Below the pieces are notes generated by a model. The model ran no database searches. It was not told the DNA's origin and saw only the letters and a list, made by a program, of their open reading frames with translations. This document shows positions 24,903 through 37,378 of a stretch of 64,000 nucleotides of DNA, one piece after another. The translations under genes and the position numbers were made by a program. Within the stretch, counting starts at the first letter, position 1, and each line of letters begins with the position of its first letter. The DNA comes from Vezdaea acicularis (lineage: Eukaryota), in NCBI GenBank assembly GCA_026025075.1, contig JAPEUI010000022.1, forward strand, positions 62,001-126,000, in the 5' to 3' direction.

Positions 24903-27237
24903 CTAATACCTCCTAGGCGGTGGTGGAGCGCCATAGCCGCCCTGCTGGGGCGTGTATCCTCCTTGAGGTGGACCAGGTTGCTGGCCATACTGCTGCTGAC
25001 CATAAGGTTGCTGGCCATATGGAGGAGCGCCAGAGTACTGCTGTCCGCCGTAGGATTGCTGCGCTGGTGGAGCGCCCGGTTGTCCAGACGGATATGGCGC
25101 TTGGCCGGGTTGGCCGTAACTCTGACCTCCTCCATACTGACCCTGGCTACTCTGTCCTTGAGGAGGTCTTTTGCCTTGTTCATCTTTCGTGTCGTATGAT
25201 GAGTCAATAGCACCAAGCAGCAGTTTTGCAAGCTGCGAGCGAGTCAGCGGCCTCTATAGGACCCACAAGTCTATGCACGCGTGGAAAGAGCATACCCATA
25301 GCTCCGGTGTAAGGTCAACCGGCGGGTTCGCCCTCATCATTTCATCTTGCTCAACCTCGAAGTCTGCGAGGTATTAGCCCGTTCTTATCAATTCACCAGG
25401 ATGAACTCACTAGAGGTACAATCGATCAACTCCCCTATGCCCGGCTCCTCGTCGAGCTTGCCAAGGAATTTCCTAGCGGAGAGGTCATTGCCGACTTGCG
25501 CAAACTGGAATGAGATTGCGCCGATCCCGTATCGAGGCATTCGCGCCAGCTCCGCCGCTGCAGCTCTGATGGTATCGAATACGGCGTCGTGAGGCTCTCC
25601 AGCCGGCTGACCGTCAGTGATGGTGATTATGAGGACTGGCTTGTCAAGGTGTCCTGCACGTGCACGGTGCAGGACAAGTGGCTCGACGACTTTGTTCCTT
25701 AGATTGGTACCCATCGGCGTCAGCCCCTTAAACTGGGCCCTCGAGATGAGTTCCTCAACTTGACGTTCGGAAGCGATATTGTTGCCCTGGAGGTCAGAGT
25801 TCATAAAGCGAACCTCAATGCCATTGGCATCGAAAAGAGCAGAAGCGTATGCAACTCGGGATAAGATGAGCTTCAAGTCTTTGATGCGCTCCCCGTCCTC
25901 TTCGAACTGCATCGATCCACTGTCATCTGATAAGATCTTAGCTATTGCGCCTGCCGAGGTTCAGTCGATCCTCACCGATGTATAAGATGATATCGAAGAG
26001 AGCTAGCTTGACCAAGTCCTGCCCAACTTCTCGGGGGACGCGCCAAGCCGCACAAAGTTGGTCTACTTGGGTATGAACCTTGCTAGCCACTTGATCTAGG
26101 TAAGGACTGTTGGGAGGGAACATTTTGTGCAATTTCTTCTCGTCGATGACACTCTGCAGCACTCGTCGATATGCAGCGGCTTGCTGCTGGCCACTCGGTT
26201 GAGGCGCACCATACTGCTGGCCCTGAGGCGGATAGCCCTGCTGTTGAGGCGGATATTGTCCCTGTTGGCCCTAAATACCAAGTCTTTGTCAGCCTCAATT
26301 CACTCCGTTCCGATACATGATTCAGAGATCATGAAAGAAACACAGACGTATCCAGCCGGTGATTGCTGCTGTGGTGGATATTGCCCCTGGAGACCCTTAT
26401 AGACACATCGCATCACCATCAACCCGATGTTCCCCGAGCATTCGGACAAGAGTATGTATGAGGAAGACTGACATGTGCAGACGGGGGTTGCTGAGGGTAG
26501 GGTGGACGAGTATGGTTAGGGGGTACCGGCGGCGCCTGTCCATTGGCAGAAGGGTAATAGGGCTGCTGTTGTTTGCCATATCCTCCCCCTTGCATCGGAG
26601 ACTGCTGATAGGGGTAAGGAGGTTGTGCTGCCGACGCAGACCAGCCGTCAGATCTCGGCGGAGTGTAGGGTCCTTGTGGAGTCGCAGAAGGATACGGCGA
26701 CAGATTCGGGTAAGGTGCTGGAGACCCCTTCTGGGCAGGATGTTGGTCGTAATAGGCCCGCCCAGCCATGGTGAATCGTCCGGCCAGGAGCGATCGGGTT
26801 GGAGAGTCTCAAGTTGCAGCGCTTTTTGACGAGGGAGGTAGGGGGTATTTAGGTAAGGTATGGCTGACGCAATGGGGAGGAAGGTGCGCAGGAATCGCTT
26901 ACGGAAGAATACGCTTGGTACTGCCCTGGCTAGGGTGAGTTAGGATATGGAGGACCAGTCGAAGTGAATCGATGGCGCGTACCTGACCTGGGCGCTGACC
27001 GGCCTGCAGCTGGCCTGGATATTGTGTTTGTGATGCTCCGTATGCTCCACCAGGAGGCGCACCGCCCTGGCTCGCGGCCAGCTTCGATGCTAACTGCAAC
27101 AGTGATGTGAGCTCTCCCTTCAAGTTGCTTCAAAAAAAAAAAAGGCGCAAGTTTGCGGGCGTAGGGCGATGGTGGGGCAGCAGTAGCGGGGTACGTTCCA
27201 GAGGCGAGTGAACCGAGGGGCCAGAACTTACACCCAT
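24903..27237 (-). CDS. vWA-domain protein with Gln/Gly/Pro/Tyr-rich termini (RfeF-like)
   Basis: 6-nt first coding exon ATGGGT, then LASKLAASQGG. MIDAS motif YIDDSGS (intron-split), GLTPMG, ITDGQP, QFAQVGND. GQQPYGQQQY tail ends at TAG 24903. Confidence 0.88.
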
Positions 27238-28710
27238 GACAGCTGCGTCGTCGAATGAAGGATGGGAAGTGAGAGTGAGGCGGAGAAGGGATATTGAGCA
27301 GAGTGAGTGCGGGTTTGGTTTGATTAGAGATGGATGTTCAATCTGGGAGGAGCAAAGTGAAGGAGGCTCAAGCGGATCTTATGGTTGGAGAGGAAAAGCC
27401 GGTAAGGCAGGACCGACAGGTAGGCTGTGACAGGACAAGCGACGTTTGGCGCGCCACTGCCCAACGGCGGACATGACGCAGTCGTAGGGAGGATCGATGG
27501 CGGTGCTGTGGCGCGCGTATGATGGAGTGAAGCTATTCCCCGTTTGATCTCGCATACAGGAGTTGCGCCGCTGCCCACCAGAACATCCAGCCAAGCTGTC
27601 CACCGATACGAGGAAAGCCTAAGGCACTCTTCCAGTATGCGAGGTTGAGTCGGAATGAGAGAGGGCCGGCATGATAAGATGTGGAGGATTCATCGGAGAA
27701 GGACTCCCTTTTGACTACAGTTCTAGCACCAACAACATCCGCAGTTCAAGGCTCAATTCTGTACGCGCAGACCCCTCCTCTACCCATCTGGGGATGCGAA
27801 AGTCCCGAATGAGACTTTTATAGTCCTAATAGGTTGATAAGTGGTGATTAATTGAGAATAAATCGGGATTTAATCGGAGTGAACAGATTGGACGAGAAAA
27901 TCGCAATGGCAACGAGCGACATCCATCGAATGAACAGCGCCGGCACACGCGCCACGTGGAGGGATCCAGAGGCGTCAACTTTTCTTCTGGCAGACGTTTC
28001 TTTGCGGGGCAGACCAATGAAGACTGCGGGCCATATCGAGCCACTCGGCCAGCGCAGGCGCACTGATCTGCCGGCCGTTTCGTGTGGTGCGATGATGTGA
28101 TTGCTTGATGCCGTCGAAGTCTGCGAGGTCTGCAAAGCCCAGCATCGCAAAGGGATATACGGTAGTCAGCAATCTTCGTGTCCACGAGGAATGCGGAGAG
28201 AGAGAGTCAGGCGCCGCAGTGCAACAGATGATGCTGTTTGCTGGAGCAGCACGCGCGCTGGCGGCTGCTCGTGTTCGTGGTCCGCGGACAGGGCAAGGTC
28301 CCGCGTTTCAGGCAAGCGAGTGGTTGCAGCGCGGCCCTCCTCTGCCCACAGTAGCGCAGCAGCTTATGATCGCCTCGCCTACCGAAAACGACTCAAGCGG
28401 CGCAAGCGACGACAGTAGCGACGAACAACTCCGTCGTCACTCCTCGACCGTCTCATCAGCTTTGCATTCGCTCGCCATCTTCTCCATCGCTCCTGCCTCC
28501 TCTCCGCCAGCAAACGCCCGTTGTCCTTCCTGCTCGAACACTGACGGAGCGCCTTTGTAACACCGCCTCCGTCCTCTGCTTCTCCAGAGCTTAATACCTC
28601 ATCTGAGCCAATCCCGAGAAGCTCCAACCACCGATCGAATCTCTCATAGTTGGGTCCACCGACGTCTACAGGTGGCTGGGTCGCCAGTACACCAAGACGA
28701 TCCATTGATC

Positions 28711-30765
28711 ATGGGTAACGTCTTATCATCTTGCTGTGGAGGTACCTCAATATTGCCCGATTTGCTGGCGGTGGCACAAGCTGACGAACCCTTTCAGGTC
28801 GACACAGGGAGGGCTTGAATGAGCCGGTGCTCGCCGACAACGAGCGGGAAGCCGTGGCAGACCTACTGCAGTATCTCGAGAACGTACGAGCCCCCGAGAT
28901 GATGGTGACTCCATCTTTGACTTGAAACTAAACTGAATCGTTACTGCATCTAGCGAGCCGAGACCGATTTCTTTACGGGAGAGCCACTTAGAGCTCTGAG
29001 CATCCTAGTATACTCGGACAATGTCGATCTGCAACGCAGCGCGAGCTTGACTTTCGCCGAGATCACCGAACGAGGTACGCATTTGGTATTCATGAGCTAA
29101 ACAAGGACTGAGCTAACAATTATACCGTTGTGGCAGACGTCAGAGAAGTCGACCGAGAAACCCTTGAGCCTATCCTCTTCCTCCTCCAGAGTCCTGATAT
29201 CGAGGTCCAACGTGCCGCGAGCGCCGCCCTAGGCAACCTGGCTGTAAACTGTAAGCTGTAGTCAAATGTCAAAAGCAAATTAATTAGCTTACGATTTGAA
29301 AGCGGAAAACAAAGTGTTGATAGTACTCCTGGGCGGGCTTGCCCCTCTTATTCGGCAAATGTTATCACCAAATGTCGAGGTTCAGTGTAATGCGGTGGGA
29401 TGCATCACCAATCTTGCAACGCATGAAGACAACAAAGCCAAGATCGCGAGGTCGGGTGCTTTAGGGCCGCTAACGCGGCTAGCAAAGTCGAAAGACATGA
29501 GGGTGCAGCGAAATGCAACGGGGGCATTATTGAATATGACACACTCAGGTATAGTTCATCCATCTCGTTCGATGCATGGCTGGGATGGCCCACTAACATC
29601 TGGCATGAAGATGACAATCGACAACAACTCGTACACGCCGGAGCAATTCCAGTCCTCGTACAGCTCCTGTCATCGCAAGATGTGGATGTCCAATATTACT
29701 GCACCACAGCCTTGAGCAATATCGCCGTGGATGGAGCGAACAGGAAGAAGCTGGCTCAATCCGAAAACCGACTTGTCCAGTCCCTCGTCAATCTGATGGA
29801 CTCGACTTCCCCCAAGGTTCAATGTCAAGCGGCGCTGGCACTGCGTAACCTCGCCTCCGACGAAAAATACCAGCTCGAGATAGTTCGGGCTCGTGGCCTA
29901 CCTCCTCTCCTTCGTTTACTCCAATCTTCATATCTACCGCTCATCCTCTCTGCTGTTGCATGTATCCGGAACATCTCCATCCATCCGCTTAATGAATCAC
30001 CTATCATCGATGCTGGCTTCCTCAAACCTTTAGTCGATCTCCTCGGAACGACAGATAATGAAGAGATCCAGTGTCACGCCATATCTACCCTTCGTAACCT
30101 CGCTGCGAGCTCGGACAAGAACAAGGAGCTCGTGCTAGAAGCTGGAGCGGTGCAGAAATGCAAGGAGCTCGTCCTCAAGGTTCCGCTCAGCGTCCAGTCC
30201 GAGATGACGGCAGCGATTGCGGTCTTGGCTCTCAGCGAGGAATTAAAGTCGACGCTTCTGAGCCTGGGCGTGTTTGATGTCCTCATCCCGCTCACCGCTT
30301 CGGACAGCGTTGAAGTCCAAGGCAATAGTGCGGCTGCACTGGGGAATCTATCGTCAAAAGGTGAAATTCGCATTCCTTTAACTAACGATCTAAGGCTGAT
30401 GTTAAGCAGTTGGTGACTATTCCATCTTCGTTCAAAACTGGACCCAACCTGAAGGCGGCATCCACGGCTACCTCCGCCGGTTCCTCGACAGCGGTGACCC
30501 AACCTTCCAACACATTGCAACGTGGACCCTCCTCCAGCTCCTCGAATCCAGCGACAAGAAACTGATCACCCTGATCGCCAAGTCTGAGGAGATTGTCCAG
30601 ATGGTCAAGATCATCTCCGACAAGAGCGTCAAGAGCGCCATCGAATCCGACGACGAGGAAGCCGAAGACGGCGAGGGCGAGGTCATCACCCTCGCGAAGC
30701 GCTGCCTGGAGCTGCTCGGGCGCGGACCGAAGAATAAGGTCTTCAACCAGACGATCGAGGGTTGA
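28711..30765 (+). CDS. VAC8: Vacuolar armadillo-repeat protein Vac8
   Basis: [11 protein letters not shown] acylation N-terminus; [17 protein letters not shown] repeats ([43 protein letters not shown]); multi-exon; stop at 30763-30765. Confidence 0.97.
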
Positions 30766-31787
30766 GCAGGGCACCTCCTCGCCACGCACCATCTCCAGCT
30801 TACTTTCCCCTTCTCTCCCTCTGCCTTCTGTTTCCCTCTTCGATGGGCCGCTTGCATATCGGACGCGCCGCTGGTCATGGGCAGTGGCTGTCCTCGGCGT
30901 TTCGGGATGGCGGCAGCGCGTTTTCCTTGTCTCCCCCCTTCTCTTTCCCCTGTCCTGAATCGAGCGAGCATTGGAGGAGCAGCAGCAGCAGTAGCAATAG
31001 CAATATCACACAAAACTAGTCCTCCCATGCGTGGTCCGAGCCACTAGGCTATACACATCGCAGCGGAGACAGATATGGAAGTGGGGCGTCCTCTCATCCA
31101 CCAACACATCCGGCGTTTTGCTTTTTCCTCTTTCCTCTTTCCTGTTCTTGTTTTTTTTCTCTCTGTCCTCTTTTTCTCTCTCCTTTCTCTTACCTGAATA
31201 GACTTTAATCCGCCCCACCTTTCCCCCCTCCCTTCCTCTAGAATTCTTTCGCGAGCGGGGAATGCAATGTGTCTCTGTGCTTGTATTCCTCCGACTCCGC
31301 CGATGACGACAAGGGGGAAGACGAGGGCGAGAACTAGGCCCAGGATGAGGACGCAGACGAGGGCGAAGAAGAGGAAGACGTCCGTCTGAGCTCGATGCCC
31401 CCCTTGATACATGGTATATCAATATAGAAAAAAGGCAGTATTCCGATACCTCATATCCCGTGCATTGCTACAATATACAATATACAATATGAGGATGGAG
31501 ATGGAGAGATGAGATGAGATGCAAGTATCATCAAAGTAACGTAGAATATATCTATATCATCTCTCGTAGCTTCATTGAGTACACGACGGGCGATAGATAT
31601 AGCGCTCGATTATGATTCCTTAGATCCGGGCGTCCATCCATTAAACATGCTTCCTCCTTTCCCTCCCGCTAGTTTCAGGCATGAATAAAAGCTCACACAT
31701 AACGACAAGAGTTCCCGCTCGCTTTTTCCCATCTCAGATAACCGCCCCCTTCTCCCCTATCCCGTTCAATTCCAGCAAAAGCATGAA

Positions 31788-33701
31788 TTAATAATACAGC
31801 CCCAGCTGCCACCACGCGCAGCGCTGCTTGCTACTAACATCCACGACGGCCTCGATGCCCTGGGCGCCCAGCTGCTCGATCTGGCTGGTATTGCCATATG
31901 GCCCGAAGAAGGGGAGGACGCCCTCTTTCCCGCCCAAGGGGGTGCCCGTCTGTGCGAAATTGACGAGGTAGTCCTGCAGAGTGACGGCGATGGTGGCGTT
32001 GACGGGGAAGCCGATGCTGTCGAGCTGGCCGGGGGCGGCGTAGTAGGTATAAGCGACGTCCTGACCGTGGAGGGCCGGGGGGGCGGCGAAGAGGTAGGCG
32101 TAGGAGGGGGCGATGGCGGCGAAGGCGTCGAGGAGGTAGAGCGTGTTGCAGACGATGCCAATGTCGCCGAGGAGGAGGGCGGTGCGGGAGATTTGGTCTT
32201 TGTAGCCGAAGGAGCCGTTGAAGGAGGGTGGGTAGAGGGTGTTTTCGATGTAGGACAGGACAGGGGGCGCGGCGCTGGCGAAGAAGGTGGACAGGTCTGT
32301 GTTGAAGGCGGAGGGGGTCTGGAAGGCTGGGTCGGCGAAGATGAGGCCCTCGTCGGCGTTGTGGCCGACCATGATGGTGACGTTGTGGTCAAATTGGCCG
32401 TGCAGGAGGAGTTCCCCGGGGAGGGCCGGGGCAAATATCCCGTCGACGGCGGGGCCGTACGTGTACTGACCGTACGGAGAGGCGGCGACAGTGAGGGCGT
32501 TGGCGGCGACCAACTCAAGGGTTGGGAGGGAGCGAAGCTGGGTCAGGTTGGTGGCATTGGCGGCCGCCAGGAATTGCTGGTAGATTTCCTCCTGAACGTA
32601 ATTGCTGCCCAAGGGGGTGAATGCGGGGGATTGGGGAATGATCTGGGCAAATGGGGCAGGGCCATTGAGGCCGCCGTAGGCCGTCAATTGGTGGAGGATG
32701 GAACCTCCGCCAGCGCTTTCTCCAAAGACCGTCACGCGGTTGGGATCCCCACCAAAGAGGTGGATATTGGACTGCACCCAGTCGAGGGCGAGGCGCTGGT
32801 CAAGGAGGCCGGCATTGGCGGTGCCATTTATTTGAAAGGTAGGACCTGAAAGGAACCCGAACGCTCCCAACTAGAAATTAATAAGCATATATATTCTGTT
32901 ATAGAAATTCTAGTCCGTCAAGCGGACTAAATATTGTGATGTGGTCTCGAACATGTTGAATGGGCTCAAAGCATCGCAAAGCGCCTGCAGAAACCTTGAT
33001 TGGAAGGGGCTGATTCTTACCCGATAGTTCAATGCAACAAAAATCACGCCCTCTCCCGGGCCTATGGTCGTATTCTCTGACTGCTTTAAAAGGCCAATTG
33101 GATTATAACTCGACTTTTGGCCGGTTGTATAACCTCCGCCATAGATCCACACCATTACGGCCACTCCCCCAGAGGAGCAATTAGGGTTGAACACATTCTG
33201 AGGAACTATCACATCCAGAAAGAGACAGTCCTCCGAGCTCTGCGGGTCGACCGGAGGAAGCTTTCCGCCGCCATTAGGAACGGGATAGCTCCCGTTTGCG
33301 GGCAAGCTGGTGTAATTGCTGACGTTCTGGCCGGTGAGGTACTGGGTAAGGAACTCAGTTTCGGTCTGTATCCAAGCAGGATTTGCTTGATAGCAGCTGC
33401 CCCCAGTCTGGCCATCGTTGACAGTCGATCGATTCGTCAAGGGAGGTACTGGTGCAGCAAAGCGTAGATCTCCTACCGGAGGCTGGGCGTATCGGATGTT
33501 GCTGAAATTGTAGTAACCACCCTTGGCCTATCCCAGTCATTTATTACTGTTCATTAAATTTCAGGGCACCAAGCTTCATACATTTGTAGTCGCCTGGTAA
33601 AGCCCATAGCCCAAGTCCACGATTGGCGGGGTAGAGTTGCTCGAACTCTGCGCCACAGCCACGACAAAGAACAGGCCGAAAACGAGCACTTGAGGAATCA
33701 T
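31788..33701 (-). CDS. Secreted type-B carboxylesterase/lipase
   Basis: Signal [53 protein letters not shown]; nucleophile GESAG, catalytic E (ADEG) and H (HGQD); three exons. Confidence 0.95.
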
Positions 33702-34997
33702 CTTGCATGGAATGGAGCCCTGTAACCAGAGTTGTAGTCTCGACGAGACATGGCGACGCGGCCACGAGAGTGACCTATATAGCTCTCCGGCCCCGTCATC
33801 GTTGGCACCTGCGCTAAACAGGTCAAACGACGTAATACTTTCAGGTGCCCATCACGGTGGCTTGGGTACATGCACGGCCGAATAGGGTCGAGCGGCCGCA
33901 GGCCGGCGCAAGTAGGTTCCAGGCTTTGGCAGGAAGCTTATGCAGTTGCCTCTTCGTACCGTTGGCAGCTTCTCGTCGGAGCTTCGCTAGTTCGCAGTGG
34001 GGGAAACAGCTGTCCTCGCGTCCTGCCAATCAACGCGCATTTGATGATTGGCGGGGATGCGCTAGAATCGCCCCGTCCGTGGAAGCCTCAGCTCCTCACT
34101 TCCTTGGAGTCGAGGATCCCCAAATAAGGAAATGGTCTATATGCAAGCTCCTCTGACCAATGCGTCGGAGCCCTAACGAAGCCCGTCAATGCGCGGCATG
34201 GCTGGCGGACTATACACTAGCGATCTCTTGAGGGTATCCGGCACGTAACTGGATACCTCGGCGAAATGTGGGGCCGAGGTTGAGTGACAAACCACCTTGC
34301 TGGCCACCATGAACGCGATCGAATACATCTCCACGCGCTCCATCTCGTACACGCTCTTCGAACGCGACTCGCCCGCTGGGCATAAGCTCCACAACATTCA
34401 GGCATAAGATGATTATGACTTGCGCGGCTGTAGGTTAAGCTTTCCCTCGTGGTTCCACGTGAAACCCGTGAGAAATGTACGTCATGGCGTTCGCACGGCG
34501 ACGTTGCACCGCTCCTTCTATCGAGCAGGTATATCTTTGTGGCCTGTTCCCTAGCACGGCCAAAGACATCCTGTTGGGCGCACATGGTACGACACAGTAG
34601 GGCTGTACGCATCGAGCCTCTATTGAGGGGGCCGTGGGGGTTTTCCTTGCAAAAACAAAGGTTCGAACCAGTTCGTTTGTATGCGCCGTCATGCAAAACT
34701 CCTTGGCGTGTCTGATATGGAGTTGGCCCCGCACCGCGTGGGCGATGATCTGGCGAGCTGCTCTCAACCCTGACAGGACGCATTGAGGCAAGTGTGAAGG
34801 AATCTGTAGGAGAGTTTCCTGAGGTACCACATCCGTAAGCTTACTTGTGAGGCTGCTTATTCGTTGTCGACCCTGCCGTAGCTCCAAGTATGATCATGCC
34901 GGGGCTACACCTAAGAGCTGTTTGGAAAATCTCAGCAAACATTGATGCTCCATCGAACTCCATCCATGCAACACCGTTGTTACAATCAATCCACCCC

Positions 34998-36774
34998 TTA
35001 CCATGCATCGAAATTTCCAAAGCCGCCTCCACTCTTAGCCTTCTTCTTCACAGGCTGTTCCTCAGCCCATTCGAGCTCCTGTGATGGCGTAGTTGCTGGT
35101 TCATCTCCCGCGTTCGCTATCTTGAGATACTTCCCTACACCCCCTGTCTGGCCCTCACTCTCCCCTGTCGTCACCGGCCTAATCCTCTTCCCTGTCCAAG
35201 TAACTCTCTCATCCTCTCGTCCCCCCTTCCTCTCTATCTCCTCCTTCTCCCTCTCTTTCTCCTCCTTCCTCCCCTTCTCCTCCAAAAACTCCTCGAAGGG
35301 ATCCACAAACACAATCACCTCCTCAATCGTGATATCCTCCCTCGGCCTGTCCGTCCCCTTATCTGTCTCCGCATTCTCCATCCGCGTCAGGACATCCAGC
35401 CCATCGACCACCCGCCCGAAGATCGTATGCTTTCGATCCAAATGCGCCGCCTTGCGATACGTGATGAAGAACTGGCTCGAGTTCGTGTTCTTCCCTTTAT
35501 TCGCCATACTGACGACACCTCTCGCGTCATGCACCAGCGGGCCATCGAACTCGTCCTTGAAAGTCTTGCCCCAGATACTCTCTCCGCCTTTGCCAGTCCC
35601 AGTCGGGTCGCCACCCTGGATCATGAAGTTGCGGATATTCCGATGGAAGGCGACGCCGGAGTAATAGCCCTTCTTGGCGAGCTGCACAAAGTTCCAGACC
35701 GCGCGGGGGGCGTACTCGGTTTGCAGCTCAAGGGTCAGCGGGCCTAGATTAGTGACGACGCGCGCGTAGCCTTTGTTCTTGACCCGGCGCGGACGCAGCA
35801 TGTATTCTTCATCTGTGAGGAGAGCACGCTCACCGGAGGTATGTGGAGTCAGGCCGGTGCTGGTGAAAGAGGCGGCAGCTTTACCGGTGGTGTGTTGTGC
35901 TGCGTTATAAGGCACAGCTTTTGAGGTGTGCGCCGAGGGTTTGCTCATCACGGTCGCCGAGGGCTTAGACATGGCTCCAATTGGTACCGAGTTATCAGCA
36001 TCTGCAGTGCCCCTGCGAGCTTTCTCCAGGGCTTCTTTCGTCTTCAAGACCTTTTCAGGGACAATGTTCTCCCCATCAGCCTTGACTTTGATAGCGCCCA
36101 CGCCATCCTTGAGGTACTGAAACGAGCTTAGGTCCCGCGACCCCACATTTTGCGGATCCTGCAACGTTATGATGTCCTTACGTCCGAATTCCATATCGTC
36201 TACCAGATCCCGCCAGATCTTTGCCTTTACATTCAGCCGTTCAACGGTATCCCCTGCAAACACATTTCCTGTATTGCGAAGTGCAACGATGTGCGTGTTA
36301 TCCGTGAAGACTTTGAACGTGACGGGATCGATATATTCGCCCCCCTCATTCTCATGAAACTTCAACGGTATCAGGTCCTCTACCACCAGCGACGATCCAT
36401 CTACTGGGTTTTTATTCGGGTGTTTTTCAAGCCATTGCAAAATTCGTTGTAGGTCGAAGATTGTGCCATTTGCGGTACATACAGGATGTCGAAAGGGCTG
36501 GAGAGAGACGGCGCAGAAGTTGAAGGGCAGTCGCTTGAATGAGGAGCCAGAAACCTTAGACTTTCCGTTCGCAGCGGAACCAGCGCTCGCAGAATAGGCG
36601 CCATCGGAAGCCCATTCGGAGTGCGTGATCTAGAATCTAAGCTCAGCAAAGCTCGAATGCTCGAAGTTATGGGTGAGGAGCTTACGTAGAGCTTATCTGT
36701 TCCTACATGGCAACGCTAATGTCAGCAATATGTATGAGAGGTTTTTAACAAGTGCTTCACATACCTTTCCCCAT
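34998..36774 (-). CDS. cyp8: U-box/cyclophilin peptidyl-prolyl isomerase-like 2 (Cyp8/Cyp60/PPIL2)
   Basis: Two micro-exons give MGKGTDKLY|ITHSEW; FKRLPFNFCAVSLQPF; cyclophilin domain FHRNIRNFMIQGGDPTGTGKGG, SMANKGKNTNSSQFF; ends FGNFDAW. Confidence 0.95.
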
Positions 36775-37378
36775 TTTGTCACACTTGCACTAACGCTCGT
36801 CGAGATGCGAGAAGCTGTAGTCTCGCGTGAAACATTTCTGGGATATTTGCCTCTTCAGGACTAGCTTAAATTACGCCAGCCCTACGGGGTTTCGACCGAG
36901 GACAAAGGAGCTACAATAATCATTTGTATACAGTCTTGACCTACATTGTATATAAGTCGGCTGGCTACAATAGTGTATAGCAGAGTAAATCATGAGTTCT
37001 TCAATAGAAACAGATCTCGTATATTTCTTTTAGGGGTTGTCACCTGGTGGCAGGCGGGTTACTTGTATTCCCCCTCCTATCGTCATACGGCAATACCAAG
37101 GGAAATTGGGGTCATGATATCCCCCTGAGCCTTTTACAATCCACGTGGGCGCCCAAGATCATTCACGAGCTCACCAACAGGACGGCTCAAGCGGGAACAT
37201 TAATGGTTTTAAGCAGCTAGTATCGCTCACGAATTCCTTGCCCTAGAACATAAAAGCCAATACACCCCCCAAATTCCGGCCTAGATGCAAAGCCCACCCA
37301 CCAACCAGCAAAGTCTCATAGTACAAAGCAGAGCCACTCTAGAAAAGCTCAAGCCAGCTCAGGAAACACAACACCCCA

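Noticed and set aside
28101..28705. ORFs upstream of VAC8
   Set aside because: Mostly non-ATG starts, low complexity; consistent with promoter/5'UTR.
31006..31422. Minus-strand ORFs with Lys/Glu/Arg runs
   Set aside because: Arise from CT/GA-rich 3'UTR sequence between convergent genes.
31470..31521. Short CAATATA and GAGAT repeats
   Set aside because: Ordinary microsatellite-like sequence in a terminator region.
3735..33701. Secondary-metabolite gene cluster (HTP, TF, SDR, esterase)
   Set aside because: No PKS/NRPS/terpene synthase or repeat-containing RiPP precursor, and the genes are interspersed with housekeeping loci.
34190..34409. Protein-like + frame with internal stops
   Set aside because: Too short and unassignable to call a pseudogene.
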